DNA from: Octopus sinensis
Taxonomy: Eukaryota
NCBI RefSeq assembly: GCF_006345805.1
Contig: NC_042999.1
Span: 39,246,001-39,310,000 of the forward strand
DNA length: 64,000 bases
Direction of reading: 5' to 3'
Shown: piece after piece, positions 37,322-51,570 of the stretch
How the letters are laid out: each line of letters opens with the position of its first letter
How positions within the stretch are numbered: the stretch's first letter is position 1
The notes under the pieces: model-generated
Database searches by the model: none
Seen by the model: the letters and a program-made list of their open reading frames with translations, nothing else
Told to the model about the DNA's origin: nothing
Made by a program: the position numbers and the translations under genes

Positions 37322-40300
37322 GTAATAATAATAGTAATAATATTAATAATTATAATAATAATGATTAATAATGCTTTCAAATTTTTGCCCAAGGCCTGCA
37401 ATTTCGAAGGAAGTCGTAATTCGATTACGGCCTCCCGAAAGAGGTGAAAAATACACTCCCTTATTGATAGTGATGTTCAATCTAATTTATTCTGTAATAT
37501 AAGTCAAGATAACTCAAATTCACTCTAAACCTTTAGTTATTTTCGATTTCCTTTAATAAATACAATATGTAGATTGATAGCCTGGATTATAATAGTCCAA
37601 TACATTTTAGGAAAACGTCGCTATAAAGCTAGAACACGTGCAACATTTAATTCATTTCATAGCTCTTGATTAATAGGTTTGCCATTGAATGGAAAACTCT
37701 CTGGCATTATTTCCTGAACACTTATTTTCAGTGAACATCTAGAAATAATGATAAATTATCCCTGGTGCCACTACCCTGACCGAATAGGATAAGACAACAG
37801 CAGAAGAAGAAGATTCATCAAAATATAATAAACACCAACCACGCACGCCCATACACATAAATATCTTGCAGCCATGCTGCTTATTGTGTCAAAGCACGTT
37901 ATAGATATACATCATCGGATGTGTTATCAAAATACAAAATACTACAAAAAACGTTAACATAAACATTATACAATATCGATCTATGATTACTCGGCAAAGA
38001 AGATTAAAACGCTCAGCTGAAATTAGTATCAGATACTTAAAAATACTGAGGTAGTTTAATTTTCCGGAGAATTTGCTGTAATAAATTCGATGTGTAACTG
38101 TAATTCGTCTCAAATAATACGAGATAGCCTACAGGTAGTATTACATTAATAGAAGTATATTTTACCAAACTGGGTACATTGCCAATATATTTGAAGCGGC
38201 AGTAGTTACTGCAGATCTACACGTCTGGCACTTTGGTGCAGAGCATTGAAACCTTTATACGGCTGATTAAACAAAGTCATTTAAAATTGACTAGAATTCG
38301 ATGCAATCGTCTTAAGGAAAAAAAAAAGTTTTGTGAATAAATATAGAGATAAATCTCTTCTCATACACCAAATCGATTTATGTAGCATCTGGTAGAAGAC
38401 AAGGAAAGAGAATGAAATAAAGTTTTACAAATCGTAGTGAACTAATACAGATAGTCCATTTCATATGTTTCTGCCTCATAAAACAGCTATAAATATCCAC
38501 ATTAGATCTGCAGAAGTTTTAATTTTTCACGAATTTATATCAATTTCTCTTTTAGTGCAGTGCAACTGACAGAATTAGAGTTGTGATTTGATACTGTATT
38601 ATCTATTAAACAGACAGCTCGTTAGTTCGCATAGAGTTACTGCAATTCACAACAGAACTTTTAAGCAAATAATTGTTGTTGACGACACCCGTCAGTACAT
38701 TATCTAATATATCACAAATTTTACAGAAACCAACCCATATATTATTTTTTGCATTCTATAGTGGTTTGGTGCCTCTACAAACGTATATTTGGATAACGTC
38801 TTAAAATTTATTGAAAAACAATTATTGCCAAGTTTTATTTGATGATACATAGGTTCATATGGCCACAGCTGAATGAAAGAAACATATCATAATACTACAA
38901 TGAGAGTGCGTGTTGATTCATAAAATGAGTTGCCTTTACTTCGATATACACAAAACGTGACAATATGTATTTTCAAACCAATCCAACTCAATAACCAAGC
39001 AGGTATTCAATACTATTCTAAAGATAAAGGCTACCAAATATATCCCCAAAGTCGTATTTGCAACTATACTTTGCTGTACAGCAGTGTAATAATATATTTG
39101 TGGTTTCGAGTGTGTTTATGTGTATGTGAATGAGTGTGTGTAGTCGATGGATGTGTTCCAAGACTTACATAAATATATATGAAAACACACACATGTCTCA
39201 CTAATATGGCATTCGTTTGTTCCGTACGCAAAGGCAGGTTAAACAGTAGCATTAAAGGAAAAGGGACCACTGGCATAGAAGGCCTATCCGCTTCTTTGCT
39301 TTTGCTCCTTCCGAACGTCTCAGCTCTTGACAAGAACTCAATAACTTCACACCAGGCAACTAACTTCCTATATCATGTAACAATTGCTGCATCTGATAAA
39401 ACTATCAAATTCATTGAGGCTTTGAGTCCTTGGCAGTGAGTTTCAAAGAGTCTTTTTGTGATATACATGTTCCCATAGCTCATCTCATTGAGTGCACCAA
39501 GAATGACGATACACATTATATAGCTCTGTGTGTAGGGTAATGCAAAGAGTAGAGACTCCGTCATTGCATCCGCTACAAGATTAATAGTGGGCCAGATTGA
39601 CGACGATCTCGGGGAGAATCTAGTTATCGTCGTGTATCTAATGGCTTATACATGCAGTAGGACATATTTCTACAGACATTTCTGAATAGTTAGTGCTAGG
39701 TGGAGGGACGTTGCCAAATCAAGATAAACTCTATACGCGCGGTCTTGCCGACCGCTGGGCTTGAGTTGCACCTAGAGTGACAAAACCTACCCAGTGTGCG
39801 CGCTCGTGCTCTGCCGAAGCATGACTGACTCCTGAAGATATACAGAACAGAAGCTGTCGCGTGAGATCATTACCCAGCTATCAGCGGACATCATTGAGAT
39901 TATGTGGTAAACGAAACTGAAGAGGCAAACTATGAAATTTGGCCATCGACATTTTTAAGTTCCCCTTTGAAAGGAAGGTGAGAATTAAAAGTGATGTGAT
40001 TAAACATGCTGAATATTGCTCGAACAATAGTCCTATTCTAAACATGTATCGGTATGGTTCAGGAAATGGATAGACGTAGCGTAATTCATAGAAAGCTCTT
40101 ACCGTTGAAACTAATCCCACATCTATCGGTTTCCATTGTTTCTTGTGCATTGCATCTCCATACATATAAAGTTATTTTTTCTTGAATTTTTGTCGTTAAT
40201 TGTTATTGTTAATTTTTTGTTAATTTTTCTTCTTTGTCTAAATCAGCATTGAGCGGTGTTTGTATCGTCCTAAATGTTCAATTATCTCTTATGGTTTTGA

Positions 40301-40324
40301 CATCATTATCATTATTACAATTTT

Positions 40325-40878
40325 TATTATTATTATTATTCAGTAGTTTTATTTTTATAGCGTGCTTTCACTTCACTACCGAGCGCAGCTCTGTGTGCCT
40401 TGGGTATGTGCTCTGATGGTTATTGTATGGAAAGTGTTCTGCGTAGGATGTGTGCAGTGCCTAGTAGTGCAATTTTCTGTATGTGTTTGTAAGTCCTGGT
40501 GTTTTTGTTATGTATTTGTCTGAATATTTTTTTATCATACCTAATGCACCTACTATGATAGGAATTGTTTCTGTTTTCAGGTTCCACATTCTAGTTACCT
40601 CTATTTCCAGGTCTTTGTATTTTGAGAGTTTCTCCATTTCTTTTAGAGACACGTTGTCATCGGCCGGTATTGATACATCAATTAGAAAGCATTTTTTTTC
40701 TTCATAATCTCTGACAACTATATCTGGTCTGTTGGCCTCAATTTCTCTATCTGTGTGTATCGGCATATCCCAGAGTATGGTTGCTTTCTCGTTTTCTGTG
40801 ACCTTTTCTGGTGTGTGCCTATACCATCTTTTTCCTGTTGTTATTCCATAATGTTGGCATAGCTTCCAATGTATGTAG

Positions 40879-40880
<2 letters not shown>
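40325..40880 (-). mobile_element. R4/Dong LINE 3' end, young, PD-(D/E)xK endonuclease nearly intact, flanked by (TAA)n on both sides
   Basis: YIHWKLC..ILWDMPIHTDREIEANRPDIVV..LIDVSIP..EKLSKYKDLEIE..IPIIVGALG; one frameshift near the C-terminus. Confidence 0.95.
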
Positions 40881-40927
<47 letters not shown>

Positions 40928-40976
40928 TATTATTATTATTATTATTATCATCATCATCATCATCATCATTATTATC

Positions 40977-41190
40977 GAGGTAGTGAGCTGGCAGAATCGT
41001 TAGCAAGCTGGACGAAATTCTTAGCGGTATTTCACCCGTCGTTACGTTCTGAGCTCGAATTCTAACGATGTCGACTTCGCCTTTCACCCTTCGGAGTCGA
41101 TAAAATAACCTCTATTTGAACACTGGGGTCGATGTAATCGCTTCATACCCTTCCCCAAAATTGCTGCCCTTCCGGCGAAAATTTGAAACA
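40977..41190 (+). mobile_element. SINE family A
   Basis: GTGAGCTGGCAGAATCGTTAGC..GTCGATAAAATAA..AAATTTGAAAC, directly after an (ATT)/(CAT) tract. Confidence 0.85.
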
Positions 41191-41222
41191 AAAACCACAA
41201 TAAAAAATAAATAATAATACTG

Positions 41223-42212
41223 ATTATCTCGGGCTTAGCGAAGGCAGGGTATTGGTTTCTGTCGTGTTTGTTTGTACGTGGACAAAATATCTCAAGTACC
41301 GCTGGATAGATTCGGCACGAACTGATTAGATTTGGTATCGATCCGGTACCGGACAAGGATTCTGGACTATTTGTTATATTCATTTAACTTTATATGACGT
41401 ATTACGATCTTACGTTGACTTTAAAGTCTTTCACTGATTATGTCCCTTGAAAGCACGCTATGGCGGCATTGCGACTTTCAAATTTTATTTTCGCTTCTCT
41501 ATTATTAATTTTACACACGTCTGTATCTTAGTAGAAACCGATGGATTAATAATTCAAACTACATAAACAAATGCCAGTAAAACTGTTCAGAAATTAAGTA
41601 ACGCTAACATATTCTGTAACAATAATAAATTTAATTTCTCATCGACAATTTATACTTTTACCAATTTTGAATCTATCAATCCTGTTTAAAAACGTCTTAC
41701 CTACTTGACAATTGCATTTCTAACACCGCTTTGAAGGAGGCTTCACTTCTTGGACTTAGGTTTTTGAAGGAAACGATGTTGTTAAACCGCCGTTAACAGC
41801 ACCGTACACAGGCCCTTTCCGTTTTCTTTCATGCACGGATAATTTTTTTCGCTATAGACCTTAACGGTCGTATGCACACTATATCAGTGGATATATTAAA
41901 ACCAGCCTTCCTAGAAAACTGCCCGTGTTCGCACTGTAGATGAGACATACAAAGCATTACAAACACGACCAGCACACACATATTCACATTCCATGTCTAC
42001 CATGGGGCTCGATCAGGTACCGGACAAGGATTCTAGATTATTTTCCACCTTTTCTGACATAATTTCTGAGAGCGTTCGGATGCATTTTTAATATTCTCGT
42101 TCGTAGGCGGCAGTCGCGCGAACTTCAGATATTCTCATTTTTAAAATCCTCTCAGGTTAATCGTTGAGAGGACATTGGTATTGCCTTGGCGGATGTTTGC
42201 GCTCTCTGAATG
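41223..42212 (+). mobile_element. Probable Helentron/DINE-1-type non-autonomous element
   Basis: 5' ATTATCTC..GCGAAGGCAGGGTATTG followed by GTTT repeats; 3' GCCTTGGCGGATGTTTGCGCTCTCTGAATG; internal 27-bp direct repeat at 41340 and 42011. Classified from remembered end architecture, not a search. Confidence 0.5.
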
Positions 42213-42254
42213 TTGTTGTTGTTGTTGGTGTTGTTGTTGTTGTTATTGTTATTA

Positions 42255-42313
<59 letters not shown>

Positions 42314-42315
<2 letters not shown>

Positions 42316-42478
42316 GGCAGCGAGCTGGCAGAATCGTTAGCACGCCGGGTGAAATGCTTAGTGGTATTAGAGTTCAATTTTTACTGATATTCACTTTGAG
42401 TTTCGAGTTGAATGCTGCTGTCGATGTAATAGTCTCAGTACCTCAAGTTGCTGCCCTTGGGCAAAATTTGAAACCATT
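42314..42478 (+). mobile_element. SINE family A, internally deleted
   Basis: AAGGCAGCGAGCTGGCAGAATCGTTAGCACGCCGGG..AAAATTTGAAACC after (ATT)n. Confidence 0.85.
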
Positions 42479-42583
42479 CTTCTTCTTCTTCTTGTTTTTT
42501 TGTTGTTGTTGTTCTTCTTCTTCTCCCCCTCCTCCTCCTCCTTCTTCTTCTTCTTCTTCTTCTTCTTCTTCTTCTTCTTCTTG

Positions 42584-42740
42584 AGTGAGGCAGCAGTGCA
42601 TGGCATCAAAGTGAAACTAGGCTAAAATATACGAAGCACAGTATACCCATCATGACTACCGTCTGATAAGGGTACACCAGGCACATGCATCAGAACCATG
42701 TGTGCACGACATGGTGACCTCATCTCATGATAAACAACGC
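42584..42740. repeat. Unclassified interspersed repeat end, second copy at ~44905-45050
   Basis: Shared TCTGATAAGGGTACA..CACATGCATCA..TGTGCACGA..AAACAACGC core in both copies, each preceded by a trinucleotide tract. Confidence 0.7.
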
Positions 42741-42775
42741 ATATTATTATTATCATTATTATTATTATTATTATG

Positions 42776-42831
<56 letters not shown>

Positions 42832-42882
42832 GACCAGCAACACAATATACTACTACTACCACTAATACTGCTGCTGATGCTG

Positions 42883-42913
<31 letters not shown>

Positions 42914-43602
42914 ATTCCATTATATTTCTAATTCTTAGACATTGTAATATAAGGTGGAATAAATATTCACTTTAGCTATTGCACTATGCTGTCCCGATAG
43001 TCACTACATGCCCTATATAAGATTTTTTTTTCCGACAATAAATCGATGATTTATAGTCAGTATGAAACAATTCAATCTTGCACAAATTATTGGATGGTGC
43101 TAAATATATCTAGAGACAGACAACTGAAATACGTGTGAGACAAACAACACGAAGTAATATCGACTGGCTGTCAGAAATATCAAATGGTCGGCTGATGTAA
43201 TTGAAAACCGTGCAATCGATTGTGGTTCTGAAATAATAGCCTAATTTCTCTTGGTTCTCTAGCGTTTAGCTTTATGCATGTATGCATGTATATATGTATA
43301 TATATATATTTATGTATGTATGTGTGTATGTATGTATGAATGTATGTATGTAAGTAAGTATGTATTTATGTATGTATGTAGGTAGGTACGTATGAATATA
43401 TGCATGTACGTATATACGTATGTATGTACGTATATGTATGCATGCGTATACACAGAAACATTCGCGCACACATACACACACAAGCACTATACATGCACGT
43501 ATGTATGCACTTACATATAGTTATAAATAGGAAGATAGGTAAAAAGTAATTAGCTTGAAAGATACATACAAATGTGTGTATATATATATATTATGTATAT
43601 AT

Positions 43603-43680
<78 letters not shown>

Positions 43681-43750
43681 GTATATGTATGTATATATAC
43701 ACACAAACACACACACATATATATATATATATATTATATGTATATATATA

Positions 43751-43804
<54 letters not shown>

Positions 43805-44269
43805 CATGTATATTTATATAATGCGTGTATGTGTCAGTGCGCGAGAGATTGTGTATGTGTGTATGTGCGCCTGTGTGTACATAATGTGAATCAAAGCTGA
43901 GATTTTTGATCGATCAGGTGGTGGAAATAAGTGCGAGATTCCTGATTTGTTTCCGGACAGTTGATGCTTTTTGTCTGATGAAAATACGTATTTGGAAAGA
44001 TAAGTGTTGTAATATATGAACCTAAATACAACGCCTAAAATGACAACGTTAATATCACGATATTTTTTTTCTCATATGTTGAAACGCTTTTAATAGTAAC
44101 GCTTAATACTTAGTTAACAATTATTCCTATTTATTTGTGTACATTATGTGTGAAAGATACGCTCAGATTAGATATCTTATCTAAGAATGCCACTGATATC
44201 TTATTAAAAAAAGGTCAAAAACAAATATATCAGTTTACTCTCGAATACTAGGCTGAATATAGTGGCTTA

Positions 44270-44885
44270 GCCTATTTCGTGTGGCTCTAAGTTTTGAGTT
44301 CAAATTCCGCAGAGATCGACTTTGCCTTTTAATCTTCGGACTCGTGAAAATATGAGCCATCAGGACAATGCGGTCGATGAAATCGACTCATTCTCTCCCA
44401 CAAAATTGCTACCCTCGTGGCAAAATTGGAAATCTTCATTTTTATTGTTATTTAGGCAACGAACTGGCTGAATCTTTACCACGCCGGGTGAAATGCTTAT
44501 CGGTATCTCGTCTGCCGTTACGTTCTGTGTTCAAAGTCGACTTTGCTTTTCATCTTTTCAGGGTCGATAAATTAAGTACCAGAGAACCACTGGGGTCGAT
44601 GTACTTGACGGGAATCCTCTCCCAAAATTTCAGGCCTTGAGCCTATTGTAGAAAGGATTATTACTGTTATGAAGGCGAAGAGCTGTCAGGATCGTTAAGA
44701 CGCCGGTCGAAATACTTAACAGAATTTCGTCCGTCTTTACATTGTGAGTTAAAATTCCGCTTAAATCGAGTTTACTTTTCCTCCATTCGACTTAGATGAA
44801 ATAAATAACAGTAGGACACTGGTTCCAATGCATTTGATTTACACACTCCCTCAATCTTGCTGGCATTTTTGCCAAGACTTGACAT
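44270..44885 (+). mobile_element. Three head-to-tail degenerate SINE family A copies
   Basis: Bodies at ~44270-44430, ~44455-44660 and ~44672-44885. Confidence 0.8.
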
Positions 44886-45372
44886 TATTATTATTATTAT
44901 TGTTGAGTGCAGAACAATGCTATTAAATTGAGACCGGGGTACAAAGCCCTATTTATTCATCGTGGCTACCTATCTGATAAGGGTACAAGAGCCACATGCA
45001 TCACAGCCATTTGTGCACGAAATAGAGACGTTATAGCCAGACAAACAACGCGTTACCTTTTGGGTGGGGCCCTGCTACACTTTTCTTTATGTCGAGTAGC
45101 CCATCCTGTTTAAAAAGTCTCCGGTTAGGGTTTATATAAGGATGATGAACGAAACAACCATGTTTCCAGAGGTGAATTATTCAAAGCTTAAAGAATTTCT
45201 CTCAACACGTTGTTATGGCTTTTCCACACTACAACTTTTTCTGACCAGAGATGCACACACTGTCACTCACATTAATATTAAACATAGGATTAAATTAGTG
45301 AGGTGGCAGAATCGTTAGCACAATGGTGAAATGTTTACCGGCATTTCGTCTACCTTCACGTACTGAGTTCAA

Positions 45373-45755
45373 GTGTAAAGATGATTGTGTCTGTTATTGG
45401 TGCGGAGACGTGGTCAATGCTAATGTGTTTGAAGTGGTGTGGTGTGATGTGGTGGTGTGGAGTTGTGGGGATGTGATCGTGGGTAGGAGTGTAGGGTGAT
45501 GATGTGGGGTGGGTTGAGCATGTGGTGGTGGGTGTGTGGTGGTATGGGTGGGGCATATGGGCTTGTGATGTGTGAGCGTTTGTTGTGGGTGGAGGTGATT
45601 CAGTGAAGAGAAGGTGGGTAGGAGTGAAGAGAGAAGATTAATTCCTGTTCACGTCGAAGGCTGGTGTCCGGACGGTCCCTGTCTAAAGGCAATCCGAACA
45701 GAGACGGGTGTTGAATGAATGGCCGGTAGAGCCGAGTCTAATGTATCTGTGTAAA
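45373..45755 (-). mobile_element. PLE GIY-YIG C-terminal relic with C/A-rich 3' region
   Basis: LFGLPLDRDRPDTSLRREQELIFSLHSYPP resembles PLE ICGLxLHxGxxxSRRxxEQxxIFxLxTxxP. Confidence 0.7.
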
Positions 45756-45803
45756 TGAATATATATATATATATATTATATATATATATATATTATATAT
45801 ATA

Positions 45804-45958
<155 letters not shown>

Positions 45959-47629
45959 CATTATATGTATATTGCAAGCAATTAGGGTAAAATCACAACT
46001 ATTTCCACTTGAAGCACGTCTGCAGTTATTACAGTATGAACTTGTCGCTTTAGTATAGATGCGAAATGCATATTGAAAATATCGCGTGCATAGTAATTGC
46101 ATAACAAAAAATGAAGTTGGAAAATACGTATTATTTATTTACCATTAGAGATGTTTCATTTGGTAATCCGAATTACAAAACTTTACTTATTACATTAATA
46201 TATAAGATATGTATTAGAGATATTATTCGATTCCTTGTGTAAGACATACTAATGAGAGATCCCTTACGTGAGTATCTATTATGCAGAACTACTTAATAAT
46301 TTTGGATTTGCAAATGAAACGTGTAATGGAGATTATATAATAAATGCCTCAGTCCGGAGGCCGCGGCCATGCTGGGGCACCGCTACACACACACACACAC
46401 CCACATATATATATATATAAATATATATATATATATTTATATATACATATATACATACATATATATATATATATTTGTATATATTTATATATGCATATGT
46501 GTATGTGCATCTGTGTATAGCGTACTATGACACCAAGCCCACGCATGTCACTTCTACACTTACAATTATCTATTAGGGAGTCTCTCGTGCATGCATTATC
46601 TTTTAATTTTAACCAGTGTTTATCTTAATAATCTGAACTGCTTGATGATATTTAAGTCATTAAAATACAGAAAGCAAATACAATATTTATAAATTAAAAT
46701 TTCATTTGATTGTTAGTAATTGTCTCACATAATTTGAAAAATATCAAATACAATAAAATAATTTCACGTGGGAAGTTTACTAAAATGTATATATATTTCA
46801 TTAACTTTGAAAGCAACGATGTTCAAAGATTTCGAAACATTTATTAAATCATAATAATGTATAATGTCGTTTTATGAGATAGATATACTTTAATGCTGCA
46901 TTATAGTCTTTAGATAATATTTTAGCCATTTAAATTCAGATATTTAATGACATAAATGTGACATAATCATCGATTAACACTTCATTAAATTATGATTCTA
47001 AATATTAAAAATTAATAGATCACATTTCCACCAAGAAAATTATTTTATATTTATATAATATTGTTTCTGTTGGCAGTTCATTGGTAATGGAGGATTCGTA
47101 TTGTGAAACGACGTCAGCAGTTTTAAAGCTGTTAGATAAATATATAGGCACAATATCCATTCTAAGCATTTTGATGGCACGATACATCTTATAATCTGCA
47201 GTGATTTACGAGCAGGAATTTCAAAGAAACAAGCTTGGAAATTCTCTGTATAGCGGAAAGGACGCATTGCCGAACCGCGCCAAATCAATATCATAATTCC
47301 AGATATGTAACAACTATATTCCCTGCCTCTATGTTGACGAACCACGTTGAAAATCTCAGTTCAGATTCAAGGTGAGTATTTCCCACAAAGTTGATAAAAT
47401 ACGTCGCGATAGAATACGACGCGAGTGTCATGATGAATTAAATTTTTGCTATTATTTTTGAAAAGATGCTTCTTTTACACCTATTTTCGAAAATATTTTT
47501 TTATCGATATATTTTTTATCCTGTTTAATTATTAAGTACAAAATATCTGAGACTTTAGACTGTAATATCTTGCCATTGTATCTGAAAATTCTAAACATAT
47601 ATCATTTGGAAAATTTTAATATCGGATTG

Positions 47630-48070
47630 AAGCAATGAGCATGCAGAATCGTTAGCATTTGGGGAAAATTGCTTAGTGGTTTTACGTCCGTCTTTACTTT
47701 CTGAGTTCAATTTCCGCTGAGGTCGACTTTGCCTTTCATCTTTCCCGGTGTCTACAAAATAACCAGTTGTGCACTGGGGTCAATGTAAACGACTTAATCC
47801 CTTCCTCGGCAATGCTGAGCTCGTGCCAAACTTTGAAATTAATATTAAACATAGGATTAAGTTAGTGAGGTGGCAGAATCGTTAGCACAATGGTCAAATG
47901 TTTATCGGCATTTCGTCTACCTTCACGTACTGAGTTCAAATTCCACCAAGTTCTACTTTGTATTCATCCTGTCTGGATCGATGAAATGAGTTCCAGATTA
48001 GATTGGGGGTTGATGTAATCGACTTACCCCTCATTGACGTTACCAACCACGTGCCGAAATTTGAAAGCAG
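47630..48070 (+). mobile_element. Two tandem SINE family A copies
   Basis: GCAGAATCGTTAGCA at 47643 and 47873; both end AA(A/C)TTTGAAA. Confidence 0.85.
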
Positions 48071-49149
48071 TATAAATGCCGTTTAATAACCAAGTTTGTC
48101 TATTGTCACTTGTTTGGGAAAATATAAATTTCATTACTAATTGGCATTTATTAAACTGCTGCGTTGCTGGTCTACCGCTTTAAAGATTTTTTTTGAGTCA
48201 AATGAATCGACCAAAGTACTTATCATTGTTAAGCTTGGTACTTATTCCATCAGTCTGCTTTTAACAAATCATTAATTTACTGGAACGTTAAGACGCCAAT
48301 ACGGGTCGCTGTTTCTTCGACCATTAACATTTTGAAACCCTTCGTGGTTTGCTTATATATCTTGTATTTTAGATGTCGTTTGCATTTGATTTTCTATTTG
48401 TTGACACTTCCTTTCATTAGCATTAATGTCTTTTGTCCTAAATATTTGTACTAAAATAATGTTTTTTTTTCGGGAAATTCTTTTAAGTACAGTTCTACAC
48501 TATGGACATGTCCTCCCTATCACGTCAGTACTTCTGCCACACATGTGTACAAAATATTATGTCATTAATTTCCTATACCTCTAGCCTACTACAATTTTAC
48601 TTGCTCCCGATTGTCCCAGTTTAAATTCCTGCAGTACCCTAAATATGCACCGTGGAATAATTTGCATGAGAGAATATTTACGTGCTTGAAAGATTTCGTT
48701 TGAGTTGGCAATTTAGACTGATACAAGCCATTTTCCATGTATCTGCCAGGTCAAATGATTACCAGTAAAGTTTTATTTAAAAACAATTACTTCAACCTTC
48801 AATTTCATCTCATTGAATATAAGTGACTTGAAGTGAGGTGATACGCTGTTCACTCCAATGACGTGGTAGATTCACAAGGGCATTATACTAGATTAGATTT
48901 TTAATCTCAATGCAAACATTTCAGTGGAGATGGACGTTAACAGCACCTACGACAGAGCACGCTGTAACACGCTGAATTAATATAATGCTCGTTTAACTGG
49001 AAGGTATATTAGCGTATCTTGAATATCCTCTCACTTGCTTATCGATATTGCTCGTGTGTGACTATGAATATATGAATCATCGCTTCAATATAAAGCTTTG
49101 AAACGTGTATGCGTTCATATTATCGGAATATTAAAATAACAACTTATAT

Positions 49150-49204
<55 letters not shown>

Positions 49205-49211
<7 letters not shown>

Positions 49212-49640
49212 AGAAAATACAAAAAGTGACCAGACCGCCAGACATCCAGACAAGAGAAAGACAACAAAAAATCCAGATGGACGATACAAGGAAGCAAGAG
49301 GGTCATTCGGAGTTTTCTTTCCTCAGTAGAGTTCCAGATTATCTCTGCAATTTCGGCTGGTTATACTCAAGATTGCTCCAATATGACCAACCCCAAGGAA
49401 AACTAATCTAAGAGCATTAGATTCCTTGCAAAAAAGCGGCGAGTGTATTAGACGACATCAACAACAAAGAACACGGACAAAGTTACACAAATACAAATAA
49501 CAAGACATAACAACAGGTGTCTTTCGACTAAGGACGAATTAAATTAAGCTGGCGTGTATGGAAGTAAAGCCTTACAGCAGGAATACATGGGTTCACGGGG
49601 ATGAATATAAATGTTGCACGGACAGGCTTGGCTGAACACT
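49205..49640 (-). mobile_element. PLE-terminus-like repeat between (TA)n tracts
   Basis: Minus-strand CTACTGAGGAAAGAAAACTCCGAATGAC is a decayed hammerhead-like core; TA-flanked; no ORF. Confidence 0.4.
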
Positions 49641-49891
49641 AATATATATATATATATATTGTATCAAACATTACGTCTAGTTCTGAAAATTCTAAAAAAA
49701 TTATAATGTATCGATATATAAAATATTTTGAAAAAAGAAAAGAATATTCAGCGAGTAAAAAATCAAGATAAATTCATCATTTTCAAAGTTTCCATTATAG
49801 AAAACATTTAAACTGTCATATTAATTATTGGAAGCTGAGCGTTCTATGTTTTTGTGTAGCTTTTATAATTCACTTCAGTCATTCCATCCTG

Positions 49892-49994
<103 letters not shown>

Positions 49995-51539
49995 CTGTTT
50001 AAAAAAACTTGATAAATTCCTCTAAACAGATAACTGCACGTCTCACTAACTACATGAATACCTCAATGTGATATGAAAATGTAAAAAGTTATTAACGCTT
50101 TTCTCTGTTTAGCCGGTAATTACGAAGATTGGAAAGCAACCATTTATCTTCAAATAAGAAATATGTGTTTCTTCATTCAAAAGATATTGAATGTTACGTA
50201 ATTATCTAACATTCAACTGAACGGTGCAACTTATCTCTTTATGTTTTAGTGTACGTGGTATGTGTGCGTGTGTTTAATTTTTTTTATGTGTGTGTGTGTG
50301 ATTGTTTATATGTGTGTATGTGTGTGTGATAGTGGCAAGTTATAGAAATTTACGACAGCAGAAGGACCGTAGGAAGTGAATATTTAAGCTTCGTCCGTTA
50401 ACTCGTTAACGAATCCAGTAACGTTAACTTGTGGTCGAACTACAATCTCTGTGACGCCTACAAGCGCTGGATAAGATATTTAAACAATTGCCACAGTGTT
50501 GAGGAGACACAGAGATGCAAACAATCATGTAGGGAATCTTAGCAACTTGCTTGATTTAAAATTAAGGCAGGGTAAACGAAGTACGGATAAATTTATAAAC
50601 TGGGATAGGGAAGAGAAAAACGATAAAACATGATGAAATGGAAGTGAGTAAATGCAATATAGTGTAGAAAGTATGTCATTGAAGGAATATAAACATATTC
50701 GATAATTCACAATTAGGCAAGTTAAGGCACTCTCAACCACACACACTAACATACAGATATCCATATACAAACGACTGAAATTTTCATAATAGAAAACGGT
50801 GCTGCAACAGGATTTTATCAAATGAAACCGATATCGTTTTCCTTGTACATGATCAGCATCGTATTAAAAAATACCTTACTATTGAAGAATGGGCGCAATA
50901 TAAATTCTACTTAGAGAATACACAACATAAAATACATACTTTCTGGAGAGGCAAAAGAAATATCAGAAAAACACACGAGGCATTTTAAGTAAATGATTTA
51001 AATACACGCAACTCCTTAATCAATATCTTGTTCCAGTGTTGTAAGGCAAATATTACATCGGTGATGCATTTGCTAACTAAGATTTTCTAAATTTTTTTTT
51101 TTAAATGGACATTTGAAATTTAGTTAGAGCTTGGAGCATTGATTGTGAATTGCGTCCCCTTTTAATATTTATTTCGATTTTGTTTCGAGGTTCACGGGCT
51201 TGTTTATTTTCTGTAGACTATCAATAGTCGCAGTTACATTTTCAAAGACTAGAGAGACAAATATAACGCATCGCGATTCATGTAAATTACCAGCTGCAGC
51301 TTCAAAAGGACATTATTCTTAATGATATATTTTGTCTACGTATGTAAACAAATGGACACTGTGTTTTTCCAAAGTGAGACATTGTGATATAATTCTGAAA
51401 AATTCAACTTAATTATGCTTTAATAAATATCAATCATCGAGATGCATTTTAAAAATTTTCTTTCCTTTTCGCGTTTACAACATTAGGTTCTGTGTTTTGG
51501 ATGAAAATGTCGTCGTCGTCATCGTCCTCATCATCGTCG

Positions 51540-51570
<31 letters not shown>

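Noticed and set aside
39820-39870. CTGAAGA...GCTGTC as another hammerhead
   Set aside because: GAAA is broken and stems I/II do not pair.
40461-41087. Longest ORF (208 aa) as a gene
   Set aside because: Chimeric read-through of an antisense SINE, a trinucleotide tract and a truncated LINE endonuclease.
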